A stretch of DNA of 64,000 bases, from positions 72,408 through 136,407 of the forward strand of contig JAPPBT010000058.1 in NCBI GenBank assembly GCA_026702745.1, given 5' to 3'. The stretch's first letter is position 1. Every line of letters begins with the position of its first letter. Origin of the DNA: Gemmatimonadota bacterium (GTDB taxonomy: Bacteria > JAAXHH01). Both the position numbers and the translations under genes were made by a program. Positions 27,470 to 35,540 of the stretch are shown in pieces. A model generated the notes under the pieces. The model was not told the DNA's origin. It ran no database searches and saw only the letters and a list, made by a program, of their open reading frames with translations.

Positions 27470-29271
27470 CAGTCTGGCTCCGGATAGAGGTCGAGTGCGC
27501 GGCAATCCCTTTGCAGCCTTTCCACCCGTTCGGCCGCGTCCGCCGGCCAATGAAGCGGTCTGCCGCGGGTGTCGACGATCACGCCCAGGGGACCGTTCCG
27601 CACGGTACGGGCGACCGTCACGCCCCGTCCGGCGCCGGCGTCGAAACTACGGACGGGCACGACCTCCAGGGCGACCTCCTCCGCCTCCCCGGCCGGAATC
27701 GCGGCCAGTTCGCCCACGGCCGCCTCGTGCGTCCATTCCCCGTCGTCCGTCCTCGCCCTGACGGTCGCGCACGGGGTGCCGCGCGCTCCGGTACCCACGG
27801 GCGCCACGCACGGACCGAGATGGACAAGGCAATCCCGGTCGAAAACCTCCAGTGCCGCGGTTTCATGCACGGTCGACAGCACGCCCAGGTGGGGCATCAT
27901 GAAGATGCTGTCCACCGCCAGGTTCGTGATGCCCTCGGGCTGGAAGGCGTCCACCATCATCAGCGCGGCCTGCGCCCGGCTCGGTGCGTGGGAGAGCACG
28001 CCCCCGCTGCCGATGACCAGGTCCAGGTTCATCAGATCGACCAGGGTCCGGCCGCCCGTCTGCTGGTCGAAGGTGTCCGATATGGTTCGAAGCTGTTGCA
28101 CGCCCTTCAACTCGACGGCGAAGTTCCGGTGCTGCTCGAAGGCCAGCCGCAGGGCCTCGCGGGCCACGGCCTGCTCGATGATCAGCTCCTCCAGGGTCTG
28201 GGGGATGCTGGTGGGCCGGATCATCTTGTTGCCCATGCGGTCTTTCAGGTCGGCGTCGGTCATTTCAAAGGGCAGCCACCGGGCGATGTTATCCAGCCCC
28301 GCCTCCGTCAGCACGTTGGAAATACTGTAGCTCATGCCGAGATTGGCGCTGACGGTCCGGTTGAACGCGCCGCCGAAGACCGAAAACACGTCGGTGGTCG
28401 CACCGCCGATATCCACACCCAGCACGTCGATGCCACTTCGTTCCGCGACGACCCGAACCATCCGTCCCACGGCGCCGGGTGTAGGCATGATCGGCACGTG
28501 GGTCCACGCCATCAGGTCGCTGTACCCGGGCGCCTGGGCCATCACGTGTTCCATGAACAGGGTGTGGATCTGTTCCCGGGCGGGGCCCAGGTTCTCCGCT
28601 TCGAGCACGGGCCGCAGGTTATCCACCCGGCTGAGTTCCGTCCGTTCGGCCAGAATTCGTCCGACGTCTTCGCGGGCGTCGGCGTTCCCGGCGTAGATGA
28701 CCGGCAGATCGTAGCCGCTGCCCAGCCGGGGTCTCGGGTCCGCCGCGGCGATCAGTTCGGCCATCTCGACCACGTGGGACTTCGTGCCGCCGTCCACGCC
28801 GCCGGACAGCAGGATCATGTCCGGCCGGAGCTGACGTATGCGTTCGATGCGCTCGTGGGGCAGGCGCCCGTCGTTTGACGCCAGGGTTTCCATGACGATG
28901 GCGCCCGCGCCCAGGGCCGCCCGTTCGGCACTCTCGGCGGTCATGCTCTTGACCACGCCGGCCACCATCATCTGGAGCCCTCCGCCGGCGCTGCTCGTCG
29001 AGACGTAGAGGTCCACCCCGCGGTCACCCTCGGCGGGCGACACGATCCGTTCTCCGTCGAGGATCTCGCGGCCGGACTGCTCCTCCACCTCGCGCACCGC
29101 GTTGAGGACGCCCCGCGTGACGTCCTCGAAGGGCGCTTCCACGGTCGTTGGCGCCTCACCGCGAACGACGAGACGGTAGGCGTCGGCGCGTCGCTTGATC
29201 AGGATGGCCTTGGTGGTGGTGCTGCCGCAGTCCGTGGCCAGGATGACGCTGGTTTCTGGTGGAAGGGACAT
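27469..29271 (-). CDS. GlmL/MutL-like ASKHA-superfamily ATPase (actin/Hsp70 fold) with a C-terminal ~130-aa extension
   Basis: Phosphate-1 ILATDCGSTTTKAIL, phosphate-2 VLGVDIGGATTDVFSV and adenosine VIGSGGVLSH motifs; 600 aa. Confidence 0.7.
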   Translation of the reverse strand: MSLPPETSVILATDCGSTTTKAILIKRRADAYRLVVRGEAPTTVEAPFEDVTRGVLNAVREVEEQSGREILDGERIVSPAEGDRGVDLYVSTSSAGGGLQMMVAGVVKSMTAESAERAALGAGAIVMETLASNDGRLPHERIERIRQLRPDMILLSGGVDGGTKSHVVEMAELIAAADPRPRLGSGYDLPVIYAGNADAREDVGRILAERTELSRVDNLRPVLEAENLGPAREQIHTLFMEHVMAQAPGYSDLMAWTHVPIMPTPGAVGRMVRVVAERSGIDVLGVDIGGATTDVFSVFGGAFNRTVSANLGMSYSISNVLTEAGLDNIARWLPFEMTDADLKDRMGNKMIRPTSIPQTLEELIIEQAVAREALRLAFEQHRNFAVELKGVQQLRTISDTFDQQTGGRTLVDLMNLDLVIGSGGVLSHAPSRAQAALMMVDAFQPEGITNLAVDSIFMMPHLGVLSTVHETAALEVFDRDCLVHLGPCVAPVGTGARGTPCATVRARTDDGEWTHEAAVGELAAIPAGEAEEVALEVVPVRSFDAGAGRGVTVARTVRNGPLGVIVDTRGRPLHWPADAAERVERLQRDCRALDLYPEPD

Positions 29272-29275
29272 GGAG

Positions 29276-29665
29276 TCAGTTTACCGTGTCATCCGCCCCG
29301 GAGGCGTGATGCTCAATGCGCTGGATCAGGAACTCCACGTTCTCCCGGCGCTCGATGGCCTCGGCGATCCGGTCGTAGTCCGACGCGTCCACCACCATGT
29401 GAATGAAGGGGCTCAGGAAAGCCATGAACTGGCCGCCCAGAAACGAGAGGGGTTTCATGGATTCCAGGAAGAGGACCGCGGGCGCGGTGAGCTCGCGCGC
29501 GGCTATGGCCTCGGCGATCCGGTCAAGCAGGGCCTGCTGTTCCGCCACGGTCTCTGATGAATCACTCATGCCGGTCCGCCTGGTGCACTTGATCGGCCTG
29601 GTCGTCCTGGTCGGCCTGGTCGGCCTGGTCGGTCCGACCGGTCCTCTAACAGGCTGTCGGAGCAT
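29276..29665 (-). CDS. Small soluble protein of unknown function; N-terminal (PTR)n region may be coding (alternative start at ATG 29569)
   Basis: ORF starts 9 nt after the PhyH stop; conserved-looking core MSDSSETVAEQQALLDRIAEAIA... Confidence 0.4.
   Translation of the reverse strand: MLRQPVRGPVGPTRPTRPTRTTRPIKCTRRTGMSDSSETVAEQQALLDRIAEAIAARELTAPAVLFLESMKPLSFLGGQFMAFLSPFIHMVVDASDYDRIAEAIERRENVEFLIQRIEHHASGADDTVN
29595..29639 (-). repeat. 9-bp tandem repeat (ggcctggtc x5) in the 5' region of the small ORF, encoding (PTR)n if translated
   Basis: Direct repeats in the DNA. Confidence 0.8.
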
Positions 29666-29674
29666 CTCACGGCC

Positions 29675-30526
29675 TCAGCTAATTACAGATTCCGGACCCG
29701 CGTGTCGGCCGATCCATTCCCGCAAGGGTATGTCTTCGGGCAGGGGCGAGGTATAGCCATGACCGCCCGAAGGTCCTGCGCCCAGGAGCTGCCTGCGGAT
29801 GGGGTCGCTGCGGTCCATGTAGTGATCCACGGTCATGTTGTCCCGGGGACGCAGCCAGCGGTAACTGTAGCCGTAGAACAACACCTTGCGGGTGATATCG
29901 GAGTAGTTGATCCCGGATGCGTGCCAGAGACGGCGATCGAAAAACACGGCGTCGCCGGCCGCCGCCCGTATGGGAATGGCACCTTCCGGATCCTGATCGG
30001 CCTCATCTGGAAACTCAATCGCTTCGAGACGGTGGCTGCCCGGAATGGCGTGGAAGTTGCCCCGGTCGGTCGCCGTGCAGTCGCTCAGGAAGAAGGCCAC
30101 TTTCAGCGACACCCGCGGTCGGGGCGTGGTCTCCAGATCGATATTGAGCCTGCCGCTGTCCTGATGCCAGCCCAGACGCCGCTTTTTGGGCTTCTGATCC
30201 GCCGGCGACGGCGGCGACACGATCAAATGTGAATGGTACAGCTGGATGTGCCAGCCGAGAATGCCCCAGACCTTGGGGAAGGTCTTCGGCCAGTCGAGCA
30301 GTTCCAGCAGCAGATCGTCCTGTCCGATGATGTCGAAATGATTCTTGATACTGTAGGGGCTGCCTCCCATGTTGGGACGGCGTTCAACATCGATGCGTTC
30401 CGCGATCCGGTCCAGCGCTTCCACCATATCGCCAGGCAGCACGTTCTCCACGATGAAAAAACCCTGTTCATCGAAGAGGCGCCGCTCTTCGTCCGTCAGG
30501 CAGTAGGCAAGACAGGAAGGGTCCAA
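29675..30526 (-). CDS. Phytanoyl-CoA dioxygenase (PhyH) family Fe(II)/2-oxoglutarate oxygenase; first gene of the operon
   Basis: PhyH-like HxD...H pattern (WHQDSG ... HAIPGSH), 283 aa. Confidence 0.7.
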   Translation of the reverse strand: MDPSCLAYCLTDEERRLFDEQGFFIVENVLPGDMVEALDRIAERIDVERRPNMGGSPYSIKNHFDIIGQDDLLLELLDWPKTFPKVWGILGWHIQLYHSHLIVSPPSPADQKPKKRRLGWHQDSGRLNIDLETTPRPRVSLKVAFFLSDCTATDRGNFHAIPGSHRLEAIEFPDEADQDPEGAIPIRAAAGDAVFFDRRLWHASGINYSDITRKVLFYGYSYRWLRPRDNMTVDHYMDRSDPIRRQLLGAGPSGGHGYTSPLPEDIPLREWIGRHAGPESVIS

Positions 30527-30592
30527 GGCGGAGCTCCGGGTTCGGAACGCCAGATCGTCACAAAACGTAAATGTCGCAATTCGTACCCGTAT

Positions 30593-30621
30593 TTTTTAAC
30601 GACTCGACACACCGTGGTCAA
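30593..30621 (-). promoter_or_regulatory. Candidate sigma70-like promoter (TTGACC-N17-TAAAAA) in a locally AT-rich tract ~60 nt upstream of the PhyH start
   Basis: Hexamer match; unusual AT-rich patch in GC-rich DNA. Confidence 0.3.
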
Positions 30622-30650
30622 CCACTTTGAAGACCGGGCCGACGCGCAGG

Positions 30651-32285
30651 TCACGATTCCCGAACCACGAATTTCGCCCTGATCTCCGGACTTTCCCCGT
30701 ATCCAATCCGGATCGCCCGCGCCTTTATCTGATACTCGCCGGCATCAAGGCGCAGCGGTCCGGTATACAACAACCAGTGGGGGTCATCTCCCGTCTGAAG
30801 CGTGTAAGCGATGGATGCGCCTTGCGTGGCGCAGTGAAGCTGCAGCAGTATCGGCCCTTCATACGAGCCGCCCTCCAGGGCCGGCTCGATCCCGGGACTG
30901 TCAGCGCATATGGGCACGCAGACCACGGGGGCGGTCTCGGGCTGACGGCCCTCCGGATACCAGTTCCGGACCATCTCGCTTTCAGGGACCCGGCCCATGT
31001 CCCCGGTCTCTTCGAGCCAGGCGTCGAGCGCCGTTCGCATCCGCTCCAGGTCGGTACGGATCCGGGGATCGTCGGCCAGGTTGCGTACTTCATGGGGATC
31101 GGCCGCCGTGTCGTAAAACTCCTCGACGGGCCTTGGGTACCGGAACAGGGCCGACTGCGCCTCGTCAAGGCCGCCCTCCAGGCGCAGCCGCCAGATTTCC
31201 TGCATGATCGGATGGCGGTTTCGATAGGGGATCCAGGAAAGGTAAGGCAGGTCCGGCCGGTAATTGCGAATGTACTTGTACCGACCGTCCCGAACGGCCC
31301 GTACCATGTCGTAGGATACGTCGTGGCGGTCCCGGCTGGCGAAGACGAACTCGCGCGGCGGTCGAGCCTGTCTCCCGAGAAAGGCGCGGCCCTGGATATG
31401 GTGCGGGATTTCGACGCTGGCCAGGGAAAGCATCGTGGGTCCCAGGTCGATCGTGCTGACCAGGTCTTCGCATACCCGCCCGCCTTCCAGGTCCGGCCCC
31501 CTCGCGATGAGCGGAACATGAATACCCGCGTCATAGGGCCAGCGCTTGCCCCGGGGCAAGGGACCATGGTCGCTCCAGTTGAAGACGTACGTATTCCCGG
31601 CAAGGCCATCTTCGTCCAGCTGGTCCAGGAGCGTGCCGAATTCCCGGTCGTTGTGGGCTATATGGGTGTACATGCGGGCAAGGGCCTCCCGCACCACCGG
31701 CGTGTCGGGCAGGTGGGGCGGCGGCTCGATGGCATTGGGATCGAACGCTGGCGAAGGACACTTTTCCGGCCACATCCCGCTCTCGTGGCTGCGCATGAGG
31801 TTGAAGACCGCGAAGAAAGGTTGTTCCGGATCGGGCCGGTTGCGCCAGTGGGCATCCTTTCCCAGGTCGTCCCACGCCGTCAGCGGCGGTTCGAACTGGT
31901 AGTCGGTTTTGAAGTTGTTCGTACAGTAGTATCCCGCCGCCCGCAGGTATTCGGTGAAGCACTTGACGAAGTGGGGCGGAACCGCGGAATAGGGCGTGGG
32001 TAACTCAGGTACAGCGGGATCGGCGTGGGTGGTCCGCATGTGGTGCGTGCCGATGGAGGTGGCGTACATCCCGGTAATGATCGCGGAGCGGGCCGGTGCG
32101 CACACGCCGGACGTGGAGAAACAGTTCGTCCACCGGCATCCCTGCGCAGCGAAGCGGTCCACGTTCGGTGTGCGGGCCACCGGGTCGCCGTAGCAACCGT
32201 AATAGGGGCCGGTGTCCTCGAAGGAGATCCACAGGATGTTTGGTCTGGACGGGGAATGCAAGCGCACTCTCTTCTTTTCGGTCAT
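30651..32285 (-). CDS. Sulfatase (formylglycine-dependent type) lacking an obvious signal peptide, with a C-terminal extra domain
   Basis: CAPARSAIITGMY sulfatase signature; 544 aa. Confidence 0.8.
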   Translation of the reverse strand: MTEKKRVRLHSPSRPNILWISFEDTGPYYGCYGDPVARTPNVDRFAAQGCRWTNCFSTSGVCAPARSAIITGMYATSIGTHHMRTTHADPAVPELPTPYSAVPPHFVKCFTEYLRAAGYYCTNNFKTDYQFEPPLTAWDDLGKDAHWRNRPDPEQPFFAVFNLMRSHESGMWPEKCPSPAFDPNAIEPPPHLPDTPVVREALARMYTHIAHNDREFGTLLDQLDEDGLAGNTYVFNWSDHGPLPRGKRWPYDAGIHVPLIARGPDLEGGRVCEDLVSTIDLGPTMLSLASVEIPHHIQGRAFLGRQARPPREFVFASRDRHDVSYDMVRAVRDGRYKYIRNYRPDLPYLSWIPYRNRHPIMQEIWRLRLEGGLDEAQSALFRYPRPVEEFYDTAADPHEVRNLADDPRIRTDLERMRTALDAWLEETGDMGRVPESEMVRNWYPEGRQPETAPVVCVPICADSPGIEPALEGGSYEGPILLQLHCATQGASIAYTLQTGDDPHWLLYTGPLRLDAGEYQIKARAIRIGYGESPEIRAKFVVRES

Positions 32286-32295
32286 TTCGATACTA

Positions 32296-33399
32296 TCACA
32301 AACCCGCGATCGTCTCCCCGGCGAGCTGGTCGACGACCGCTTTCAGATCACCGGTTTCATCATAGGTCTTGAGCTGCCGGTCCGCGCTGCTGCCCTGCTC
32401 GAGCATGACCCGGATGTACTCGATCTCCTCCCGGACGCCGAGAGGGTCCACCACGTCGTCCACGATTTCCAGCAATTCCTCGATGAGATATCGCAGGGGT
32501 ACTTCCTCTTCCTTGCCGAAGTCGACCAGTTTCCCGTCCAGCCCGTCCTTGATGGCGCGCCACTTGTTCTCGGCCACCAGGTCGCGCCGGTAGTACCGCC
32601 AGGACTGGTTCTCACGGCGCAGCCGGATCAACTTGGCCGCCACCGCCCTGACCAGGGCCACGATGGCCACCACTTCGTCGATTTTGGTGATGCAGTCGCA
32701 GATCCGGAGCTCCAGCGTGGGAAAACGGGGATGGGGACGCACATCCCACCAGATCTTCGTGGGCTCGTCCATGCAGCCGGTCTTGATCATCGTCTGGATG
32801 AAATGGTCGTACTCGACGGCCGAGTCGAACCGATCGGGTATACCGGTCCGGGGCAACTCGGAGAACACGATGCTCCTGTAGGATTTAAGCCCCGTGTTGT
32901 CTCCCATCCAGAAGGGGGATGAAGACGAAAGGGCCAGGACGTGGGGCAGGAAATAGCCGATCTGGTTCATGGTGTCGATGCGCAATTCCCGGTCGGGTAT
33001 GCCGACGTGAATGTGCATGCCGAAGATAAGCAGGCGGCGGGCGACGTACTGCAGGTCGGCAACCAGGCTGCGGTACCGGTCTTTCTCGGTGATTTCCTGC
33101 TCCTGCCAGCGGGAAAAGGGATGGGTGCCGGCCGCCACGATCCGGTGGCCGCTCTTTTCGGCGATTTCGGACACCATGCTCCGAAGCCGGGCGATCTCCT
33201 TGCGGACTTCCTTGATGTCCTTGCAGACCTCGGTACCCATTTCCACCTGGGACTGAAGGAATTCCGGCTTGACCTGGTCGCGAAAAACCCGCTTCCCCTT
33301 TTCGAGAAACTCGGAGATGTAGGAAGTCAGTTCCCGCGACTCGGGGTCGATGATCTGGTATTCCTCTTCGACGCCAAGCGTCATTTCTTCTAAGGTCAT
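32296..33399 (-). CDS. Carboxylate-amine ligase, glutamate-cysteine ligase family 2 (YbdK-like)
   Basis: N-terminal TLGVEEEYQIID and overall GCS2-like sequence; 367 aa. Confidence 0.75.
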   Translation of the reverse strand: MTLEEMTLGVEEEYQIIDPESRELTSYISEFLEKGKRVFRDQVKPEFLQSQVEMGTEVCKDIKEVRKEIARLRSMVSEIAEKSGHRIVAAGTHPFSRWQEQEITEKDRYRSLVADLQYVARRLLIFGMHIHVGIPDRELRIDTMNQIGYFLPHVLALSSSSPFWMGDNTGLKSYRSIVFSELPRTGIPDRFDSAVEYDHFIQTMIKTGCMDEPTKIWWDVRPHPRFPTLELRICDCITKIDEVVAIVALVRAVAAKLIRLRRENQSWRYYRRDLVAENKWRAIKDGLDGKLVDFGKEEEVPLRYLIEELLEIVDDVVDPLGVREEIEYIRVMLEQGSSADRQLKTYDETGDLKAVVDQLAGETIAGL

Positions 33400-33486
33400 G
33401 GTGTGAACTGCTCCAGGTATCCTGGACCGGTTTATGGACCGTTGGTTATCCTGCCGCCGGTGATCCTGTTGACTGCTGCAGATTGT

Positions 33487-33592
33487 ATGCTACGCGCGCG
33501 ACGACTACGCACGCGACGACTTGACGACCCGTCGTATGCTACGCGCACGACGACTTGACGACCCGTCGTATGCTACGCGCGCGATTTACGCG
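33487..33592. repeat. Tandem ~34-bp repeat x3 (atgctacgcgcGCgacgacttgacgacccgtcgt; first copy has a 15-bp insertion)
   Basis: Direct repeats between the GCS2 gene start and the 3' end of the upstream ORF. Confidence 0.8.
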
Positions 33593-34004
33593 ATCCGAAC
33601 CAGACGCCCACGGCCCCGACCAGCGGGTTGAGCCAGTTGAACCACGCGGGATGAACGGCCCCCGCGGTCGCCTCCATCATCGACACATCGTCGGGACGCG
33701 GTTCTGCCGGCATCTCCACCGGCATCAGCGCCCTCACCACACCGAACACGATCACGAGTCCTATCAGTAGGGTGGCGGCCCTGGCATCGTGCCCCACCCT
33801 GACGCAGACCAGACCGGCGATGTACGCCCCTACGAACCCCAGCACGAGCGAACCGAGCGCCCAGCCGACGGGTACTTCCCACGAACCCGGTTGGAAGGCA
33901 CCCGTGGGCCCTACCGCCACCCACAGCAGCGAGAAGAGTACGAAGAGTACGGCAGCCATGGCAACGTAACCGACTATGGCCGCGAGGATGTTCCTGAGCA
34001 TCAT
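33573..34004 (-). CDS. Small integral membrane protein (4 TM), unknown function
   Basis: Hydrophobic ORF; start uncertain. Confidence 0.4.
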   Translation of the reverse strand: MMLRNILAAIVGYVAMAAVLFVLFSLLWVAVGPTGAFQPGSWEVPVGWALGSLVLGFVGAYIAGLVCVRVGHDARAATLLIGLVIVFGVVRALMPVEMPAEPRPDDVSMMEATAGAVHPAWFNWLNPLVGAVGVWFGSRKSRA

Positions 34005-34067
34005 GTTCCTCCTAACAATATCATCATGCCCGTTGACCACAGGATGGTCGACAGGGCAATGCGATCG

Positions 34068-34463
34068 TCACGATTGCTCCTTCTCCGCCATAATCTGAAT
34101 CAAGTTGCCGCAGGTATCGTCGAAGGCGGCAACAACGACTGTCCCGGCATCCGTAGGCGGCTGTACGAATCGCACACCCTTTGCCACGAGACGCTCGTGT
34201 TCGGCTGCGACGTCGTCGACCGTGAAGGCGGTCCACGGGATACCGTCGTCCACAAGGGCCTTCTTGAACGGACGCATCGGGGGATAGGCGTCAGGTTCGA
34301 GCACCAGCTCCGTTCCATCCGGATCCTCCTTGGATACCAGGGTGATCCAGGCATGTTCTCCCAGGGGTATGTTGTGCTTCAACTGGAAGCCCAGTGTTTC
34401 GGTGTAAAAGCGAAGCGCTTTCTGCTGGTCATCTACCGTGACACTGGTGTGTGTGATTCTCAT
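34068..34463 (-). CDS. VOC/glyoxalase-bleomycin-resistance family protein
   Basis: MRITHTSVTVDDQQKALRFYTETLGF... VOC-like; ~131 aa. Confidence 0.65.
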   Translation of the reverse strand: MRITHTSVTVDDQQKALRFYTETLGFQLKHNIPLGEHAWITLVSKEDPDGTELVLEPDAYPPMRPFKKALVDDGIPWTAFTVDDVAAEHERLVAKGVRFVQPPTDAGTVVVAAFDDTCGNLIQIMAEKEQS

Positions 34464-34509
34464 TGCTCGATGCCCTCCTCGGTAGGGTGTGAAATACAAG
34501 CCCGGGAAA

Positions 34510-35523
34510 CTAACCGGGATTCATAACAACGGGTTGTCTCGCGTCAATGGACGCGTGCACGGCGTCGATGACCCGCATGTTGCCCAGGCTGTTCTCCGGC
34601 GGAATCCGGTGCGGCCGGCCGAATTCGAGACAGTCGCACAGGTGCCGCAACTGTTCGGTGAATTGAAAGACCGGGGCGAACCGGATGGTCCTTTCTTCCC
34701 CGTCGTTTTTTCTGATTTCCAGCGCGACCGGGCGATCTTCGTTGTTCCATGCCATGTCCATCCGCATGTAGCCGTCCGTACCGAACACCTCGAACTCCTG
34801 GGAACTATGGAACCGAAAGGAAAAGGCGCACTGCGCGCTGATCTCATCGGGGAACTCGATTTGCGCCAGGACGGACTCGGGCACCCCGGACCGCTGGCCG
34901 TAGTGGCCACGCGCAAGGACCCTTTCCGGTTCGGTGCCCGTGATGAACCGGGCGTGGTGTATGCAGTAGCAGCCCAGGTCGTAGGTGGCGCCGCCGCGCT
35001 TGTCCTTGTTGAACCGCCAGTTGTAATCCGGTCTGAGGTTACCGGGATCCACCGCGGCCGTAAAGTTGCTGCGGATCAATTTAACCCGACCGATCTCGCC
35101 GGCGTCGATGAGCTCCTTCGTCCTGATGTGGCACGGGTGGTGGCGGAACTTGAAAGCCTCGGCGAGCAGGACGCCGTGGTCCCGCGCGGATTCGATCATG
35201 GCTTCGCACTCGGCCGCCGTCGAACTGATGGGTTTTTCGCAGAGGATCGCCTTGACCCGGCCGGTCCGCGCGGCCCGGACGGCTATGTCGGCGTGGGAAT
35301 CGCCCCAGGTACAGATGGAGAGAATGTCGATTTCCTCTTCCAGCAGCATGCGCTCCAGATCCGTGTAGCGGCGGGAGACCCCGAAGGTCTCGCCGAAACG
35401 GTCCATCGCCTCCTCCGAGACGTCGCAGATCGCGGCGAGTTCCGCTTCGGGCGCTTCCCGGGCCGCCCTGCCGTGGCAGTGCGCGATGCCGCCCGCGCCG
35501 ACGATGCCTACCCTGAGGGCCAT
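34510..35523 (-). CDS. Gfo/Idh/MocA-family NAD(P)-dependent oxidoreductase
   Basis: MALRVGIVGAGGIAHCHG Rossmann N-terminus, EKP motif; AAGGGAGA RBS; upstream part of the long ORF is a frame artefact. Confidence 0.75.
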   Translation of the reverse strand: MALRVGIVGAGGIAHCHGRAAREAPEAELAAICDVSEEAMDRFGETFGVSRRYTDLERMLLEEEIDILSICTWGDSHADIAVRAARTGRVKAILCEKPISSTAAECEAMIESARDHGVLLAEAFKFRHHPCHIRTKELIDAGEIGRVKLIRSNFTAAVDPGNLRPDYNWRFNKDKRGGATYDLGCYCIHHARFITGTEPERVLARGHYGQRSGVPESVLAQIEFPDEISAQCAFSFRFHSSQEFEVFGTDGYMRMDMAWNNEDRPVALEIRKNDGEERTIRFAPVFQFTEQLRHLCDCLEFGRPHRIPPENSLGNMRVIDAVHASIDARQPVVMNPG

Positions 35524-35540
35524 GTTGATCTCCCTTTCGG

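Noticed and set aside
27451-28878. 475-aa ORF antisense to the ASKHA ATPase
   Set aside because: The ATPase frame carries unmistakable ASKHA motifs and the antisense frame has none.
30627-32003. 458-aa ORF antisense to the sulfatase
   Set aside because: The sulfatase frame has the C-x-P-x-R signature and this antisense frame is a shadow.
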